The notes under the pieces: generated by a model
Told to the model about the DNA's origin: nothing
The model's database searches: none
The model's input: the letters and a program-made list of their open reading frames with translations, nothing else
Shown: positions 58,682 to 64,000 of the stretch, piece after piece
Position numbering within the stretch: the first letter of the stretch is position 1
Layout of the letters: each line of letters starts with the position of its first letter
Position numbers and translations under genes: made by a program
Assembly: GCA_964016885.1 (NCBI GenBank)
Contig: OZ024765.1
Coordinates: 5,394,001-5,458,000, forward strand
Origin: Eledone cirrhosa
Lineage: Eukaryota
Length of the DNA stretch: 64,000 nt
Direction of reading: 5' to 3'

Positions 58682-60335
58682 CATCATCATCGTCGTCGTC
58701 ACTGTTTTACGTCAATGTTTCCACACTTAGCATGGGTTAGACGGGTTGTCCCGTTGTGAGCAATGCCAGGTCAGGTGACCTTGTCTTGCTCATACAGAAC
58801 TGATTTTGACTCAGTTTCTACAGCTGGATGCCCTTCTTAGCACCAACCTCATTTGTAGTGAGTACTGGGTGCTTTTTTACCGTGGCGTCTACACGACTAC
58901 TTTACAGTGTGGACCGGGTGCTTTTTGTCGTGTCACCGGCACGACCATTTTATAGTGGGAGGGGTGGGGACATATTGTCTATATGCTTCAACTTCGGCTT
59001 GTACCCGTGGGAGCTCGGGTCTTCTGTATTACTGTGTACCGCCAGAGGTCTCGGTCCTGTGTCATTGTCTTTGAAAGTTGCAATTGGGCAAGGTCAGTTT
59101 TTATCACCTCATTCCAGGTCTTCTTGGGTCTCCCCATTCCCCGGCTTCCATCGATTTTTAGTGCTCTGCACCTTTTTATACAACTGTCATCCTTCATACG
59201 CATCACATGTCCATACCAACGCAACCTCCTCTCCTGCACACAACATTTGATTCCTCTTATGCTTAGTCCCTCTCTTAATTCGTTTATGCTTTGCCGTTCG
59301 CGTATATTACTATTATACATCCATTGGAGCATGCAAGCGTCGTTTCTTTCTAATCTATGCAAGTCTTCTGTACACACAACACCCAGGTCTCACTACCATG
59401 TAACATTGCTGTTCATATGCATGCATCATACAGTCTGCCTTTCATTTTGAGGGAAAAGCCTTTTGCAGCTAGCAGTGGTAGTAGCTCCCTGAACTTCTTC
59501 CATCCCGTTCTTACCCTGGTTGCTGTACTTTCAGAACACCCCCTCCACTACTAATTCAGTCACCTAGATAGCAGAAGCTGTCTACTGTTTCTACAGAGCC
59601 GTCCCAGAATTTGGTAGTTTTTGTTTCCTGTGGCTGTTTGCTGCTTGCTGTCCTGGTGCAGCTGCTACATATAAAGCCTACAATCTTAGTTAGACTTACT
59701 GAAACCCCACTACATCTCTTGTGAACCCATAGTTTGCATTTGGGGCAGAGGAGGGAATTTCTACCTACACATTTCCTGCATACTGAGCAAGGCCATTTCC
59801 CTGGGGGGATTTGGGTTCTGTTTTCCCGTCTACTTATGAGGACCTTAGTCTTTGTCAGGTTGACTCTGAGACCCCTTCTTTCTAGTCCCTGCTCCCATGT
59901 ACGATCATCCATGTACAGAAGTTCCCATGGGTGTCCGGTCTTCATCTCCTCTGTTATAGCCTGCACTACGATAATAAACAGGAGAGGGCTAAGAACAGAG
60001 CCCTGGTGGATACCAATCTGTATGCTAAATTCCTTGCTGTAGTCATTGTTAACCCTAACTTTTCTGACTGCTCCTCTATACATGGCTTGTACAGCTTTCA
60101 CAAGTCACTCGTCCATTCCTAGTTTTCTAAGAGCCCACCAGATTATAGCACGGGGCACTCTGTCGAAGGCTTTTTCTAGATCAACAAATGCCAGGTAGAG
60201 TGGCCTGAACTGCATCTCGTCTAGATTTACCTGGTCCCTAATCAACTGTGCTGTGATGCTTTCTGTTACTTTCATAACCTGGTCCATCAGCTTTATACCT
60301 CTATAGTTTCCTCTATCTAGTGCATCACCTTTAAA
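58682..60335 (-). mobile_element. RTE-clade LINE reverse transcriptase pseudogene with Cys-rich (PHD-like) insert
   Basis: NYRGIKL; AFVDLEKAFDRVPR; GIHQGSVLSPLLF; LYMDD; CSVC..CPKCKLWVHKRC..CSSC; FCYLGD; RRLRWYGHVMR; GRPKKTW; (TGA)n-type tail near 58682. Confidence 0.9.
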
Positions 60336-60727
60336 AAGCCTATGGTGGGGTGTGGGGAATGGTGACATAGGCAGCCATCATGGCGTATATCGTCGTTGAA
60401 GATTCAGGGAAAATAAGCAGATACAAGTAGGCATATTCGACAAGGTGAATGTGTGGGAATTTCAAAGATGGTCACCGACTAAATGATAGATTGATTGGGA
60501 CAGTTGGAGAGAGAGAGAGGGGGGGGGGGGGGGGCTGATGTCCGACATGGTTGATATCGTAAATAGACAAATGTAAGTTGGGGAAAATAAAACGAATAAC
60601 AGTAATAATGTATACAGCACATTTTCGAATTGGGAAAACGAAATACCTGTAAAACGAGAAATCTATGGACGGCTGGGACAATTTGGGAATTTTTGTACAA
60701 ATCCATAGAGGTAAGAAATTGATATTA

Positions 60728-60945
60728 TTTATTTTTGAGAACAATACCTTAACATCACTATGAGCAGCCTGTTACAGCCTGTTTAAACAAAAAGAGGTGA
60801 GGGAATTCTGGCCGGATATGGCCAGTTTAACCCTTTAATGTTCAAACCGGCCAAAACCGGCCAGAATTCTCTAACTCTATCTGTTGAAACTGGCTGTAAC
60901 TGGTCACTCATACTGACGTTAAGGTATTGTTCTTAAAATAAATAC
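60728..60945. mobile_element. Imperfect ~100-bp inverted repeat, probably two DNA-transposon termini meeting at TTAACCCTTT
   Basis: GAGAACAATACCTTAAC...GAATTCTGGCCGG is mirrored by CCGGCCAGAATTC...GTTAAGGTATTGTTCTT. Confidence 0.5.
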
Positions 60946-60960
60946 TTTTAAAATCTCATA

Positions 60961-63900
60961 GATTCGATATTATGTGAGGTAAAGTCTTTACCATGAAAAT
61001 ACAATAGTATATATAGAGTAATGTAAATGATCTGTGAGATATTATGTGAGGTAAAGCCTTTACTGTGAAAATATAATAGTATATATAGAGTAATGTAAAT
61101 GTTATGTGAGATATTATGTGAGGTAAAGCCTTTACTGTGAAAATATAATAGTATATATAGAGTACTGTAAATGTTATGTGAGATATTATGTGAGGTAAAG
61201 CCTTTACTGTGACAATACAATAGTATATATAGAGTAATGTAAATGTTATGTGAGATATTATGTGAGGTAAAGTCTTTACTGTGAAAATACAATAGTATAT
61301 ATAGAGTAATGTAAATGTTATGTGAGATATTATGTGAGGTAAAGCCTTTACCATGAAAATATAATAGTATAAATAGAGTAATGTAAATGTTATATGAGAT
61401 ATTATGTGAGGTAAAGCCTTTACCATGGAAATATAATAGTATAAATAGAGTAATGTAAATGTTATATGAGATATTATGTGAGGTAAAGCCTTTACTGTGA
61501 AAATACAATAGTATATATAGAGTACTGTAAATGTTATGTGAGATATTATGTGAGGTAAAGCCTTTACTGTGACAATACAATAGTATATATAGAGTAATGT
61601 AAATGTTATGTGAGATATTATGTGAGGTAAAGTCTTTACTGTGAAAATACAATAGTATATATAGAGTAATGTAAATGTTATGTGAGATATTATGTGAGGT
61701 AAAGCCTTTACTGTGACAATACAATAGTATATATAGAGTACTGTAAATGTTATATGAGATATTATGTGAGGTAAAGCCTTTACTGTGACAATACAATAGT
61801 ATATATAGAGTAATGTAAATGTTATGTGAGATATTATGTGAGGTAAAGCCTTTACTGTGAAAATACAATAGTATATATAGAATAATGTAAATGTTATGTG
61901 AGATATTATGTGAGGTAAAGCCTTTACTGTGAAAATACAATAGTATATATAGAGTAATGTAAATGCTATGTGAGATATTATGTGAGGTAAAGTCTTTACT
62001 GTGAAAATACAATAGTATATATAGAGTAATGTAAATGTTATGTGAGATATTATGTGAGGTAAAGACTTTACTGTGAAAATACAATAGTATATATAGAGTA
62101 ATGTAAATGTTATGTGAGATATTATGTGAGGTAAAGCCTTTACTGTGAAAATACAATAGTATATATAGAGTAATGTAAATGTTATGTGAGATATTATGTG
62201 AGGTAAAGCCTTTACTGTGAAAATACAATAGTATATATAGAGTAATGTAAATGTTATGTGAGATATTATGTGAGGTAAAGCCTTTACTGTGAAAATACAA
62301 TAGTATATATAGAGTAATGTAAATGTTATGTGAGATATTATGTGAGGTAAAGCCTTTACTGTGAAAATACAATAGTATATATAGAGTAATGTAAATGTTA
62401 TGTGAGATATTATGTGGAGTAAAGCCTTTACTGTGAAAATACAATAGTATATATAGAGTAGTGTAAATGTTATGTGAGATATTATATGAGGTAAAGCCTT
62501 TACTGTGAAAATACAATAGTATATATAGAGTAATGTAAATGTTATGTGAGATATTATGTGAGGTAAAGCCTTTACTGTGAAAATACAATAGTATATATAG
62601 AGTAATGTAAATGTTATGTGAGATATTATGTGAGGTAAAGCCTTTACTGTGAAAATACAATAGTATATATAGAGTAATGTAAATGTTATGTGAGATATTA
62701 TGTGAGGTAAAGCCTTTACTGTGAAAATACAATAGTATATATAGAGTAATGTAAATGTTATGTGAGATATTATGTGAGGTAAAGCCTTTACTGTGAAAAT
62801 ACAATAGTATATATAGAGTAATGTAAATGTTATGTGAGATATTATGTGGAGTAAAGCCTTTACTGTGAAAATACAATAGTATATATAGAGTAGTGTAAAT
62901 GTTATGTGAGATATTATATGAGGTAAAGCCTTTACTGTGAAAATACAATAGTATATATAGAGTAATGTAAATGTTATGTGAGATATTATGTGAGGTAAAG
63001 CCTTTACTGTGAAAATACAATAGTATATATAGAGTACTGTAAATGTTATGTGAGATATTATGTGAGGTAAAGCCTTTACTGTGAAAATACAATAGTATAA
63101 ATAGAGTAATGTAAATGTTATGTGAGATATTATGTGAGGTAAAGCCTTTACTGTGAAAATACAATAGTATAAATAGAGTAATGTAAATGTTATGTGAGAT
63201 ATTATGTGAGGTAAAGCCTTTACTGTGAAAATACAATAGTATATATAGAGTAATGTAAATGTTATGTGAGATATTATGTGAGGTAAAGCCTTTACTGTGA
63301 AAATACAATAGTATATATAGAGTAATGTAAATGTTATGTGAGATATTATGTGAGGTAAAGCCTTTACTGTGAAAATACAATAGTATATATAGAGTAATGT
63401 AAATGTTATGTGAGATATTATGTGGAGTAAAGCCTTTACTGTGAAAATACAATAGTATATATAGAGTAGTGTAAATGTTATGTGAGATATTATATGAGGT
63501 AAAGCCTTTACTGTGAAAATACAATAGTATATATAGAGTAATGTAAATGTTATGTGAGATATTATGTGAGGTAAAGCCTTTACTGTGAAAATACAATAGT
63601 ATATATAGAGTACTGTAAATGTTATGTGAGATATTATGTGAGGTAAAGCCTTTACTGTGAAAATACAATAGTATAAATAGAGTAATGTAAATGTTATGTG
63701 AGATATTATGTGAGGTAAAGCCTTTACTGTGAAAATACAATAGTATAAATAGAGTAATGTAAATGTTATGTGAGATATTATGTGAGGTAAAGCCTTTACT
63801 GTGAAAATACAATAGTATATATAGAGTAATGTAAATGTTATGTGAGATATTATGTGGAGTAAAGCCTTTACTGTGAAAATACAATAGTATATATAGAGTA

Positions 63901-64000
63901 GTGTAAATGTTATGTGAGATATTATATGAGGTAAAGCCTTTACTGTGAAAATACAATAGTATATATAGAGTAATGTAAATGTTATGTGAGATATTATGTG
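60961..64000. repeat. 72-bp tandem satellite, ~42 copies, runs off the window end
   Basis: Unit GATATTATGTGAGGTAAAGCCTTTACTGTGAAAATACAATAGTATATATAGAGTAATGTAAATGTTATGTGA. Confidence 0.97.

Noticed and set aside
60948-63956. 1002-aa repeat protein
   Set aside because: Satellite unit is a multiple of 3 with one stop-free frame; not called as a CDS.

Overview
Eukaryotic (animal) genomic DNA that is extremely microsatellite-rich ((TA)n, (CA)n, (TACA)n, (CAC/CAA/CAT)n). The repeat landscape and SINE type suggest a coleoid cephalopod such as an octopus (inference). The only host gene I can support is the first coding exon of a Runx (Runt-domain) transcription factor on the minus strand (11144-11573). 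It is followed by an intron of more than 11 kb and preceded by about 52 kb with no recognisable host exon. Almost all long ORFs in the supplied track are translations of simple repeats. The rest of the window is transposon debris: tRNA-derived SINEs, R4/Dong-like, CRE-like and RTE LINE fragments, a Penelope-like GIY-YIG remnant, a probable non-autonomous Helitron, and satellites of 53, 72, 79 and 210 bp. The most striking signal is that the short 'unique' islands between (TA)n tracts are not random. Many carry a minimal type I hammerhead ribozyme (stem I-CUGANGA-stem II-GAAA-short palindromic stem III-NUH-stem I). I folded about 18 by eye, from several unrelated sequence families; they show stem covariation between copies and include a U3-A8 core variant. 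The islands often form a 'long copy with tail + inverted short copy' hairpin, the pseudo-LTR signature of Penelope-like retroelements. This points to a dense population of ribozyme-bearing, (TA)n-associated Penelope-like/retrozyme mini-elements around and inside the Runx locus. All folds and coordinates were worked out by eye and need computational confirmation.
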